Shown here: positions 53,735-61,916 of the stretch, piece after piece
Numbering within the stretch: position 1 is the stretch's first letter
Layout: each line of letters begins with the position of its first letter
From: Promethearchaeota archaeon
GTDB taxonomy: Archaea > Asgardarchaeota > Lokiarchaeia > Sigyniarchaeales > SOKP01
NCBI GenBank assembly: GCA_048940925.1
Contig: JBHLOC010000003.1
Coordinates: forward strand, 128,001 to 192,000
Length of the DNA: 64,000 nt
Reading direction: 5' to 3'
The notes under the pieces: model-generated
The model's database searches: none
What the model was told of the DNA's origin: nothing
The model's input: the letters and a program-made list of their open reading frames with translations, nothing else
Program-made: the position numbers and the translations under genes

Positions 53735-54454
53735 TTATTTATTTTCTAAATTTACAATATGTGATTTTTTTGAAATTTTGACCTTCGCCGGTCTTAAAAT
53801 TTTGTTATTCAAATAATAACCCTTTTCTAATTCTTCTGTTATTGTGTTTTCAGGAAGATCATCCCTACCATCTTCAACTATTAAAACTTCATGTTTATAG
53901 GGATCAAATTTTTCACCCTCTGAAATTATTGGCTTAACTCCCTCCTCTTCAAGTATTTTCTTAAAATTATTAACTATGATTTCAAATCCTTTCCCTATAC
54001 CATCCATGCCTTCAACCATCTTTATTAAATTCATTGCTCGAATTAAATCATCATAGTGATTAATTAATTTCTTCAACACTCTTTCTAATGCATACGCTTT
54101 ATAATCAGCATATTCTTGTTCATTGCGTTTTTTATAGTTATCAAAATCTGCACGTATACGCAAAAGTGAATGTAGGAATTTTTCCTTCTCTTCCTCTAAT
54201 TCTTTAAATTTCCTTGCATCCTCCTTCATATCATCAAGCTCTTTAAGCAGTTGATCATTCCATGTTTTCACTTTTTTATGTTCTTCCACAAGTGCTTCAT
54301 ATTTTTCTGCCTTTTTTTTGAGATTTTGATATTCATCTTTTAAAAGTGTAATCTTTGAATTTGATCCTTTCTGAAAACCTCGCTCGTTTAAAAACCTATC
54401 AAAATAATCTTCAAATACCATATTACTCATATTTTTTTTCGCTTTTTCCAACAT
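53735..54454 (-). CDS. grpE: Nucleotide exchange factor GrpE
   Basis: RADFDNYKKR, FDPYKHE and KGY.L..KILRPAKV. Confidence 0.93.
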   Translation of the reverse strand: MLEKAKKNMSNMVFEDYFDRFLNERGFQKGSNSKITLLKDEYQNLKKKAEKYEALVEEHKKVKTWNDQLLKELDDMKEDARKFKELEEEKEKFLHSLLRIRADFDNYKKRNEQEYADYKAYALERVLKKLINHYDDLIRAMNLIKMVEGMDGIGKGFEIIVNNFKKILEEEGVKPIISEGEKFDPYKHEVLIVEDGRDDLPENTITEELEKGYYLNNKILRPAKVKISKKSHIVNLENK

Positions 54455-54528
54455 CTAAATAATAATTTTGAAGTTTTAATTTTAAAATCCCATTTTTTAA
54501 GTTTTTTATAGGGATAAAAACTTGTTGT

Positions 54529-54547
54529 TGTCAATTACTACTTGACA
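54529..54547. promoter_or_regulatory. Palindromic operator candidate of the chaperone operon
   Basis: TGTCAA-TTACTAC-TTGACA, located about 30 bp downstream (minus sense) of TATA-like TTTAAATA at about 54576-54583. Confidence 0.55.
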
Positions 54548-54606
54548 CATCTTAATATACAATTATGAATTCACCTATTTAAATATTGTGTTTTTGGAAA
54601 ATAACG

Positions 54607-54638
54607 AATTAATCTGACTAGTAATTAATCTGATTAGT
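54607..54638. repeat. 16-bp tandem direct repeat upstream of the grpE promoter
   Basis: AATTAATCTGACTAGT / AATTAATCTGATTAGT; internal palindrome TAATC-T-GATTA. Confidence 0.7.
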
Positions 54639-54757
54639 AAAACTAAAATTTCTTTTTAAAAATAAATAGAATCTTATTCATTTTTTTAATCGAGCAGCAA
54701 GATATTTTGCTTATGATTATTTTAAAGAAATAAATATAAATCATTATTATATCTGTT

Positions 54758-55537
54758 TTAATATATGAAGGGGATGAGAGCTTTTCGATTTTCAGGATAA
54801 TCTTCAAACGAATCTTGGTACCAGTGATGATTACTTCGAGCCCTTGGTCCTAAATTGGCAGAAGTCCAGATTGCAAAGACTAACCCCGGTAATGACCATG
54901 TCATAATCGCCCAGCCATACCACTCAATTATCTCACCAAAATAGCTAGGACAACTTATAAATCGAAACATACCTCCATGAGGGATCTTAAAATCAGTTTC
55001 ACCAGGTTTCCGCAGATTTCTAATTATATGATCAGAATGTACATGCATGAAAAAACCTGTAAAGAAGATTAGTATACCAATAATAAACATTGGAGTGAGT
55101 AGCCAGCTTGTTTCGTAACCTCCTGAAAATTTATTAATCCATAGTCCTTGAAGATATGCATTAGCAGAATTAAATATCATCCCAAAAAGGATTATAGTTA
55201 CTGGCATTTTTCGTTTTCCTCTTATTAAAATGGGAAAAACAAATGTCCGATATCCATAATGCATAAACCATAACCCCGAAAAAAGAAGTGTCATGAATTT
55301 TGTATGGTAATCCCCAATTAAATAAAATAGAGTATAAAGAATTACTGTTGGAATTTCCATAATCACCCAACCTACTTTATCATTAATTGTTGGGCCCCAT
55401 TTTTTTGAGATATGTTGTCCATATCCTGCTGTTATTTTTAATAATGTAAAAAAAACAAGGATTGCAATTATAATCATAGCAATCATAAACCAGTTGAAAA
55501 AAATCCTATCATCCATTATTATAAACCTTATAATCAT
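54758..55537 (-). CDS. 3-oxo-5-alpha-steroid 4-dehydrogenase (SRD5A/DET2-like)
   Basis: AGYG, GW.IMEIP, HY.YR, HSD.I.RNLR, IP.GG.F..ISCP.YFGE..EW, NL.PRA..NH.WY and RKALIPF. Confidence 0.9.
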   Translation of the reverse strand: MIIRFIIMDDRIFFNWFMIAMIIIAILVFFTLLKITAGYGQHISKKWGPTINDKVGWVIMEIPTVILYTLFYLIGDYHTKFMTLLFSGLWFMHYGYRTFVFPILIRGKRKMPVTIILFGMIFNSANAYLQGLWINKFSGGYETSWLLTPMFIIGILIFFTGFFMHVHSDHIIRNLRKPGETDFKIPHGGMFRFISCPSYFGEIIEWYGWAIMTWSLPGLVFAIWTSANLGPRARSNHHWYQDSFEDYPENRKALIPFIY

Positions 55538-55573
55538 TTAATATAAACTTCTAATTAATAATAACAAAAAAGA

Positions 55574-57124
55574 CTATTTGATAATGTTTTTAAAACAATC
55601 TTCTTGATAAATGTTATTTTCATCCTTATCGTGATTTGGGTACCAAACTTGGGCAAAATATTGATTTTTTTTTGCTTGTTCGTCATAATTCCAAGGTGGG
55701 GGTAAACATTCTGGGCACCAATGACCTGCTTTAAGGACGGTATATGGTTTCAATTCAAATTGATGACCAAATGCACATTTCCATTTGACCTTAAAGTACA
55801 TATCTCCATCCCATTGAGTTGATAAGCATTGACCGCCTCTGAATTCTGCAGCTCCTTTTAAATCTTCTAAATCCAGTTTCTCCTTTGATTCATCATACCC
55901 ATGTTTGAGGGGGTGCCATTCTGGTTCAGGATGCATTTGAGGCATATCCACACCCCAGTCTGAAATAGATTCAAATTTTTCATAGGAACCATAAAATGCT
56001 GAAATTCTCATATCCATCTTATTATTGTACCAATATAAGGGTCCTGTTTTATCCATTGCTAATTTTTTCAATTTTTTATAAGTGATTTTTTGAATCTTTT
56101 TCTTTAACCATGAAATTTTACTAGTTAAATTTACTATGATTTTCAAGTAAAAAGGTCTATTCTTCTTTACAATTTTAAAATAGTCTTCGATAGAATCATT
56201 CCAATTATTAATGTATTTATTAAGTTCCTTACTATCATCAAAATATTGCATATGAAAGTTTCTTAAAGCAAACCAGTGACGTTCTGTTACATCATCAATT
56301 CTTCCAACACCATTTATTTTCATTACTTTATTTAAAAAGTCATAGAAATTTATCCTGCAGGAGGGTCCTCCACCCATATTATAACATCTTCTCCAGAAAT
56401 CAGAGTCTTCTGGAACATCTAAACAATTAATTAAACCCCTACCCGCGTCTCTTGAGGTATTGTTTTCCATAAATGTATTAATTGGTTGATGGAACATAAT
56501 TGGATCCATAAGAGACATGATGTCAGGGATCATGATAAATGTTTGACGGAGTGAAGCCCAGTACTTAAGATTAGATTCACAAAGTGCTATTTCTCCCCTA
56601 ATTTTTGTGGTAGCATAGAAATCAAACACACTGGGTTTTATGGGATCACCAATCCTACCATGATAAATAGGAGGGAGGCGATCACCTGTCGCTGCAACAG
56701 TTCCTATATAAATAAATTTGATATGATCAGCACCACCAGGTTGTGACTCTATGGCTTTAATGATATGTTCAATGGCTGTTGTATTTACAGCTTTAGCCAT
56801 CTCTGGATTAAGATCTGCTGCAGGGGAGATAAAAGCCATCGGACAAAGACACCAATCAATCCCTTTACAAGCTTCTTCAACATCATCATAATTAGTAGCA
56901 TCTCCCCAAACAATTTTCAATCCTTTATTTTCTACTATACCATTTCCAGGAATGGGTTTAATTCCACATTCTTTTTCAAAGGATTTAAAAATTTTTTTAT
57001 TTTTCTTAGAAGGGCGTTGAAGTAAGACAATTTTAAATGTATCCCTTCGTTCCCATAAATTTTTAAATGCTTCAAAACCCAAAGTACCACTTGCACCAGG
57101 TAAAAAAACTTTTTGTTTATTCAT
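55574..57124 (-). CDS. NAD-dependent epimerase/dehydratase (extended SDR) with C-terminal Zn-ribbon
   Basis: GASGTLG, YATTK and WKCAFGH...GHWCPEC. Confidence 0.85.
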   Translation of the reverse strand: MNKQKVFLPGASGTLGFEAFKNLWERRDTFKIVLLQRPSKKNKKIFKSFEKECGIKPIPGNGIVENKGLKIVWGDATNYDDVEEACKGIDWCLCPMAFISPAADLNPEMAKAVNTTAIEHIIKAIESQPGGADHIKFIYIGTVAATGDRLPPIYHGRIGDPIKPSVFDFYATTKIRGEIALCESNLKYWASLRQTFIMIPDIMSLMDPIMFHQPINTFMENNTSRDAGRGLINCLDVPEDSDFWRRCYNMGGGPSCRINFYDFLNKVMKINGVGRIDDVTERHWFALRNFHMQYFDDSKELNKYINNWNDSIEDYFKIVKKNRPFYLKIIVNLTSKISWLKKKIQKITYKKLKKLAMDKTGPLYWYNNKMDMRISAFYGSYEKFESISDWGVDMPQMHPEPEWHPLKHGYDESKEKLDLEDLKGAAEFRGGQCLSTQWDGDMYFKVKWKCAFGHQFELKPYTVLKAGHWCPECLPPPWNYDEQAKKNQYFAQVWYPNHDKDENNIYQEDCFKNIIK

Positions 57125-57243
57125 TTTTAATTTACTCGGGTCTTACTTTCATTCTATGTTTTATTAATCATTCTTATAATATCTTCTGCTTAAAATGATT
57201 TACTTTTAATAAAAATTAGGAATCAATTTTTATTTTTTATAAG

Positions 57244-57383
57244 AACGGCTCTTTCGCATAGTATTTACCGATTTGAATCTTTGTCAATTAACACGACTTT
57301 ATCTCTGCGTTGGCTAAAAATTCAGCATATTGTGAGCCTGAAGGTCCAGCACTTGAGGTTATATTATCATATTTAATTGCATC
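57244..57383 (-). pseudogene. Remnant of a geranylgeranyl-reductase-like FAD oxidoreductase N-terminus
   Basis: DAIKYDNITSSAGPSGSQYAEFLANAE / frameshift / KVVLIDKDSNR*ILCERAV resembles KYDVII.GAGPSG...A..LA.AG.KV.LI.K...R.PCGG. Confidence 0.6.
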
Positions 57384-57426
57384 CTAATATAATCATAAAA
57401 TTTTAAAAAATTTATTATATTTAATT

Positions 57427-58395
57427 CTAAACTTTTTTAATTATCTTTTTAAATAGCGATTCTTCGATATTGCCTCCACTTATTACAGCTACGATGGTTT
57501 TATCTTTAATTTTCTGTTTATTTTCAAGGATATAAGCAACACTTGTAGCACCAGCACCTTCAACAACTTGACCTTCTTTCCTCCAGAGTAGGTTAATTGC
57601 TTTCTTAATAGAGCCTTCCTTTACTAAATCTAACTCATCAACATAACTTTTTATTATTTCCCAACTTATTGCATTAGGCTCAAGCCCACCTAATAAACCT
57701 TCAGCTAGAGTAGAAGATTCTTTAATAGAAATGATTCTACCTCTTTTCCATGATTGATACATTGTAGAAGCACCTTTAGTTTGAACTCCTATGATTTCAA
57801 TAGAAGGATTTAAATGTTTTATAGCAATAGCAATTCCAGAAATCAAGCCACCCCCTCCTACCGGAACAATAATAGCATCAACATTTCCTATTTCATCATA
57901 GATTTCAAGACCTATAGTTCCCTGTCCTGCTATAATTTCATCGTCATTATATGGACTAATATAGGTTAATCCTTCATTAGTAGATAATTTTCTTGCTTTT
58001 GCTTCTACCTCATCATATATACCTTCTTGAATAATTATTGCATCATAGGTTTTTAATTTGTCTAATTTAAGCTTCGAAATAACCTTTGGAACAATAATTT
58101 TAGCAAAAATACCTAATTCTTTTGCTGCTACAGCAACTCCTATTGCGTGATTTCCCGATGACGCAGTGATAATTCCTCTTTTCACCTCTTCACTGCTTAA
58201 TTGTAATATTCGGTTAAAAGCGCCTCTTACTTTAAATGAGTTTGTAGTTTGTTGATTTTCTAACTTCAAATAAACTGTTGCTTTACATAAATCACTAAAA
58301 AATTCTGAATGAATAAGAGGTGTTTTCTTGATAAAATCTTTAATTCGCTTATGTGCATTTTTAATTATATCAATAGTTAAAATATCTATCATCAT
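57427..58395 (-). CDS. Threonine/serine dehydratase (PLP, no regulatory domain)
   Basis: LKLENQQTTNSFKVRGA, SSGNHA, VPVGGGGLISG and SGGN. Confidence 0.92.
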   Translation of the reverse strand: MMIDILTIDIIKNAHKRIKDFIKKTPLIHSEFFSDLCKATVYLKLENQQTTNSFKVRGAFNRILQLSSEEVKRGIITASSGNHAIGVAVAAKELGIFAKIIVPKVISKLKLDKLKTYDAIIIQEGIYDEVEAKARKLSTNEGLTYISPYNDDEIIAGQGTIGLEIYDEIGNVDAIIVPVGGGGLISGIAIAIKHLNPSIEIIGVQTKGASTMYQSWKRGRIISIKESSTLAEGLLGGLEPNAISWEIIKSYVDELDLVKEGSIKKAINLLWRKEGQVVEGAGATSVAYILENKQKIKDKTIVAVISGGNIEESLFKKIIKKV

Positions 58396-58530
58396 ATCTC
58401 TTTATTCCTTAATAAAATTAAAATTCAGGTAAAATTAAATCTATCTAAGATGTGCCCTAATTAGAAAAATTAAAAATTTATAATTAACTAAATACCTTTA
58501 AAAATTGGAAAAAAATAAGAGAATATAAAA

Positions 58531-59046
58531 TTGGAGTTTTATGAAGTAGTGAGGAAAAGGAGAAGTTATCGTGTGTATAAACCTAATATGCCTGAAAAAG
58601 ATAAAATTGAGAGAATTTTAGAAGCCGCACGTTTGGCTCCTACTTGGGCGAATCTACAAGGGGTAGAATATATATTGGTTCAAGAACCAGAGAATATAAA
58701 AGCAGTTTGGAAGGCAGTAGACCAAGATACGAAATTTGGTAATGCTCCTATGTTTATCGTTGGTATTATAGCTGAATCAGGTTCAGGTGCCAATAAAAAT
58801 GGAGAAAAATATTATGGTGTTGATTTTGGTATTTGTTTTGAACATTTAATATTAGCTGCAACAGCAGAAGGTCTCGCAACTTGTTGGATTGGGCGATTTA
58901 ATGAAAACAAGATAAAAGATATATTAGGAATTCCAAAAAAATATAAAGTTATGGGATTAACACCTTTAGGTTATTCTACTAAATCTAAAGGCGAAGTAAC
59001 TGAACGAAAGCCAATTGAAAAAATAGTTCATTATGAAAAATTTTAA
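58531..59046 (+). CDS. Nitroreductase family protein
   Basis: RRSYRVY, AARLAPT..N.Q and LAATAEGLATCWIG. Confidence 0.92.
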   Translation: MEFYEVVRKRRSYRVYKPNMPEKDKIERILEAARLAPTWANLQGVEYILVQEPENIKAVWKAVDQDTKFGNAPMFIVGIIAESGSGANKNGEKYYGVDFGICFEHLILAATAEGLATCWIGRFNENKIKDILGIPKKYKVMGLTPLGYSTKSKGEVTERKPIEKIVHYEKF

Positions 59047-59093
59047 ATCTCACTTTATTATCTTTTTTTAATTAAATTAATTTAAACTTAATT

Positions 59094-59291
59094 ATGAGAG
59101 AAAGAAAATGTTTTAGATGTGGTAAAACGTTAGATTTTGAAAGCTACATTAAAAATATTGGTCCACATGAAAAAGAAGATTTGACTACACTTTGGAATAG
59201 TGATTATATTGAATTTTTTTGCTGCCATTGTTTTTCTTTTAAAATGAAATATCAGCCTAGCTTAGATGAGGATCATTTTCAATATTACTAA
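59094..59291 (+). CDS. Small zinc-finger protein
   Basis: CFRC...LW....IEFFCCHC. Confidence 0.65.
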   Translation: MRERKCFRCGKTLDFESYIKNIGPHEKEDLTTLWNSDYIEFFCCHCFSFKMKYQPSLDEDHFQYY

Positions 59292-59302
59292 CCTCATTAG
59301 GA

Positions 59303-59707
59303 TCACTCCTCTCTTAATTTTTGAATAGTATCTTCTAAAATTCTTATAATACGTTCTTTATATGGAACTTGTTCTGGGTAATTATAACTAAAAGTTTTCC
59401 AGTACGGACGTTTATGGCCAATTTTAAATTTTATTCCTTTCATAGAAGTTAGATAAGAGTTATTATCTTTTTTCGTTGCAATTTGGTCTGCAATTATATA
59501 CCAATGATATTTTGTATTAAGACTTGCTCCTGTATTATTTGGAGCAGAATTCACTCTTGTTTTTAAAGAATTAAATTGAAATCTCCATTTATCAGGGGAT
59601 TCTTTAGTTTCATACCATTTCCCATTATTATAATTCCAATAATGAGAAGAACCTACTTTCATGCCAGTATAGATTTTTTTGTTGTATACCTTGAGTGAAT
59701 TATACAT
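59303..59707 (-). CDS. Conserved hypothetical protein
   Basis: YTGMKVG.SH.W.Y..G.W.E....D.W and YHWYI.A.Q...K..N.Y; aromatic-rich pattern of a family of unknown function. Confidence 0.75.
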   Translation of the reverse strand: MYNSLKVYNKKIYTGMKVGSSHYWNYNNGKWYETKESPDKWRFQFNSLKTRVNSAPNNTGASLNTKYHWYIIADQIATKKDNNSYLTSMKGIKFKIGHKRPYWKTFSYNYPEQVPYKERIIRILEDTIQKLREE

Positions 59708-59813
59708 TATTGCTTCACAAAAATTACATTAATATTAATAACATATATGAAAAAGAAGAGTGAAATATATAAATACTAAAAGAGTAAGGATTTTTTATTT
59801 CTAGTTCAATATT

Positions 59814-61271
59814 TTAAGAACTATTTTCTAATATTTCTCCTACATAATAGAAACCAACTAGATTTCCTCTTCTTTCAAACTTTCTTGATACTAATAATAT
59901 TATTACATGTTCATTCTCATCAAGTAATTTTTTTTCAACAGCATATTTTACAGATTGCTCTATTATTTCCTCAGCATCTAAGTTGAAAAAATCAATATTT
60001 TCAATATATATTGGCTGTACCCCCCATACAAGTCCCAGCTCTCTTGCTGTCCGTTCTATAGGTGTGATCGCAATAATCGGTAAAGGGGGTCGATATTTTG
60101 AAATCATTCTTGCACCATATCCTCTTCGAGTAATCACTAAAATTTTTCCTCTGAAATTTAAGTCCTGCATCTCTGAAGCCAGGGCATGAATAGCATGTCC
60201 AAGTGTCTGTGTATGAGTTAGTCTCTCAGAATCGTATTCATCTGGAATCCTCATTGGCATATTCTCAGTAGCGGTTTTTGCTATTTGATTCATGTAACGT
60301 ACAGCATTAAGGGGATATTGCCCTACAGCAGTTTCTCCAGAGAGCATCACTGCATCACTCCCATCAAATACTGCATTAAATACATCGTTAGCTTCTGCTC
60401 GTGTAGGAATCGGTGCATTTATCATAGATTCTAACATCTGAGTGGCAACAATAATAGGTTTTCCTTCCTTATTGCTTTTATAAATCATTTCTTTTTGCCA
60501 TAATGGTACTTTATCAGGGTCAATTTCTACTCCTAAATCTCCACGTGCGACCATAATCCCATCGCTTACTTCAAGTATCGCATCAAAATTATCTAAAGCG
60601 ATAGGTCTTTCAATTTTTGAAATTAATTTAATTTTATCATTGCCATAATTTTCAAGAATTTTTCGGACATGAAGAACATCACTGCTATCTGACACAAAAG
60701 AGATTGCTAAATATTCTGGGTCTAATTCAGCGATAACTTTTAAATCTTTAATATCTTTCTCAGTAGGAACTCTTTGCTTCAATTCACCTGTAGGGATGTT
60801 GACTCCCTTTCTATTACTAATCATTCCACCTGCTAATACTTCTCCTATAATATGATCTTCTGCTTTACTTTTTACTTGTATTTTGATAATTCCATCATTT
60901 ACAAAAAAAAAGTCTCCTTTTCTTATAGTCTTAAGAAATCCATCTAAAGGTATCGAGAACTGATCTTGATCTCCTTCAATTTCTTTTTCAAAGACTTTTA
61001 CTTCTTGTCCAATATTCAGACTATAGGCCTTATCATCTTTAAATTCTCCAACTCGTATCTTTGGACCTTGAATATCAGCTAAAATTCCGATGAATCGATT
61101 AATTCCTCGTATTTTTTTTACCAATTCTCTTTTTTCATCATGACTCCCATGTGAAAAATTCAATCGAAAAATATCCACTCCCGCATCTACTAAATTCTTG
61201 AGCATTATTTTTGAACTTGATTGGGGACCAAGTGTACTTACAATCTTGACTGTATTTTCTCTAAGTGACAT
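59814..61271 (-). CDS. pyk: Pyruvate kinase
   Basis: RLNFSHG, DIQGPKIR, SKIE, MVARGDLG, ATQMLESM and VMLSGETA. Confidence 0.96.
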   Translation of the reverse strand: MSLRENTVKIVSTLGPQSSSKIMLKNLVDAGVDIFRLNFSHGSHDEKRELVKKIRGINRFIGILADIQGPKIRVGEFKDDKAYSLNIGQEVKVFEKEIEGDQDQFSIPLDGFLKTIRKGDFFFVNDGIIKIQVKSKAEDHIIGEVLAGGMISNRKGVNIPTGELKQRVPTEKDIKDLKVIAELDPEYLAISFVSDSSDVLHVRKILENYGNDKIKLISKIERPIALDNFDAILEVSDGIMVARGDLGVEIDPDKVPLWQKEMIYKSNKEGKPIIVATQMLESMINAPIPTRAEANDVFNAVFDGSDAVMLSGETAVGQYPLNAVRYMNQIAKTATENMPMRIPDEYDSERLTHTQTLGHAIHALASEMQDLNFRGKILVITRRGYGARMISKYRPPLPIIAITPIERTARELGLVWGVQPIYIENIDFFNLDAEEIIEQSVKYAVEKKLLDENEHVIILLVSRKFERRGNLVGFYYVGEILENSS

Positions 61272-61386
61272 TTGAGAAAATCCTCTTGGTTTTATTATTT
61301 AGTTAATTTTTTTAATTATTTTAGAATGTGTTCTTAAATGCTATACTTTTTAATTACTAATATTATTATTTTGTAATCCTTAAAAA

Positions 61387-61857
61387 TTATTCATTTTCAA
61401 CAATCCTTTTTAACTTCATAAATTTTTCTCTAAGCTTTTTTCTAAATTCTATCAATAACACATTTGAAGAATTATAATCTTCGATTTTTCTAATTTCTTT
61501 TAAGGATATTAATTGAATTCTTAAAGATCTCGGAAAAATTGAGTACTGAATTAATTGTAAATTATTTTTAACAGCGAAATCTCTAGCAAGCTGAACTATA
61601 AAATCAGAGGAATTATTTGCAAGAGTACATGCTAAAAAATATCTTAATTTAGGATTCTTAGAATAATTCTTTACAATAAATAGGAATAAATTCTTAAATT
61701 TTTCTTTTAAATCATAAATTGATTTAACTGATAAATTGTAAATCTTATTATCTATAACTTCAGCAATTGGTGCATGTTTTCCTCTTACCTTCTTCATATT
61801 TTTAATTACATCTTTTTTTAAAAACATTTTCAATGTTTTCAAGTTTGATTTCTTCAT
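61387..61857 (-). CDS. Hypothetical basic protein
   Basis: 156-aa ORF co-oriented between aor and pyk. Confidence 0.65.
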   Translation of the reverse strand: MKKSNLKTLKMFLKKDVIKNMKKVRGKHAPIAEVIDNKIYNLSVKSIYDLKEKFKNLFLFIVKNYSKNPKLRYFLACTLANNSSDFIVQLARDFAVKNNLQLIQYSIFPRSLRIQLISLKEIRKIEDYNSSNVLLIEFRKKLREKFMKLKRIVENE

Positions 61858-61916
61858 TTTTTATCTTTTTGTGGTATTATAATTGGATTAAATTAATAAC
61901 TATATATGATAGAGGT

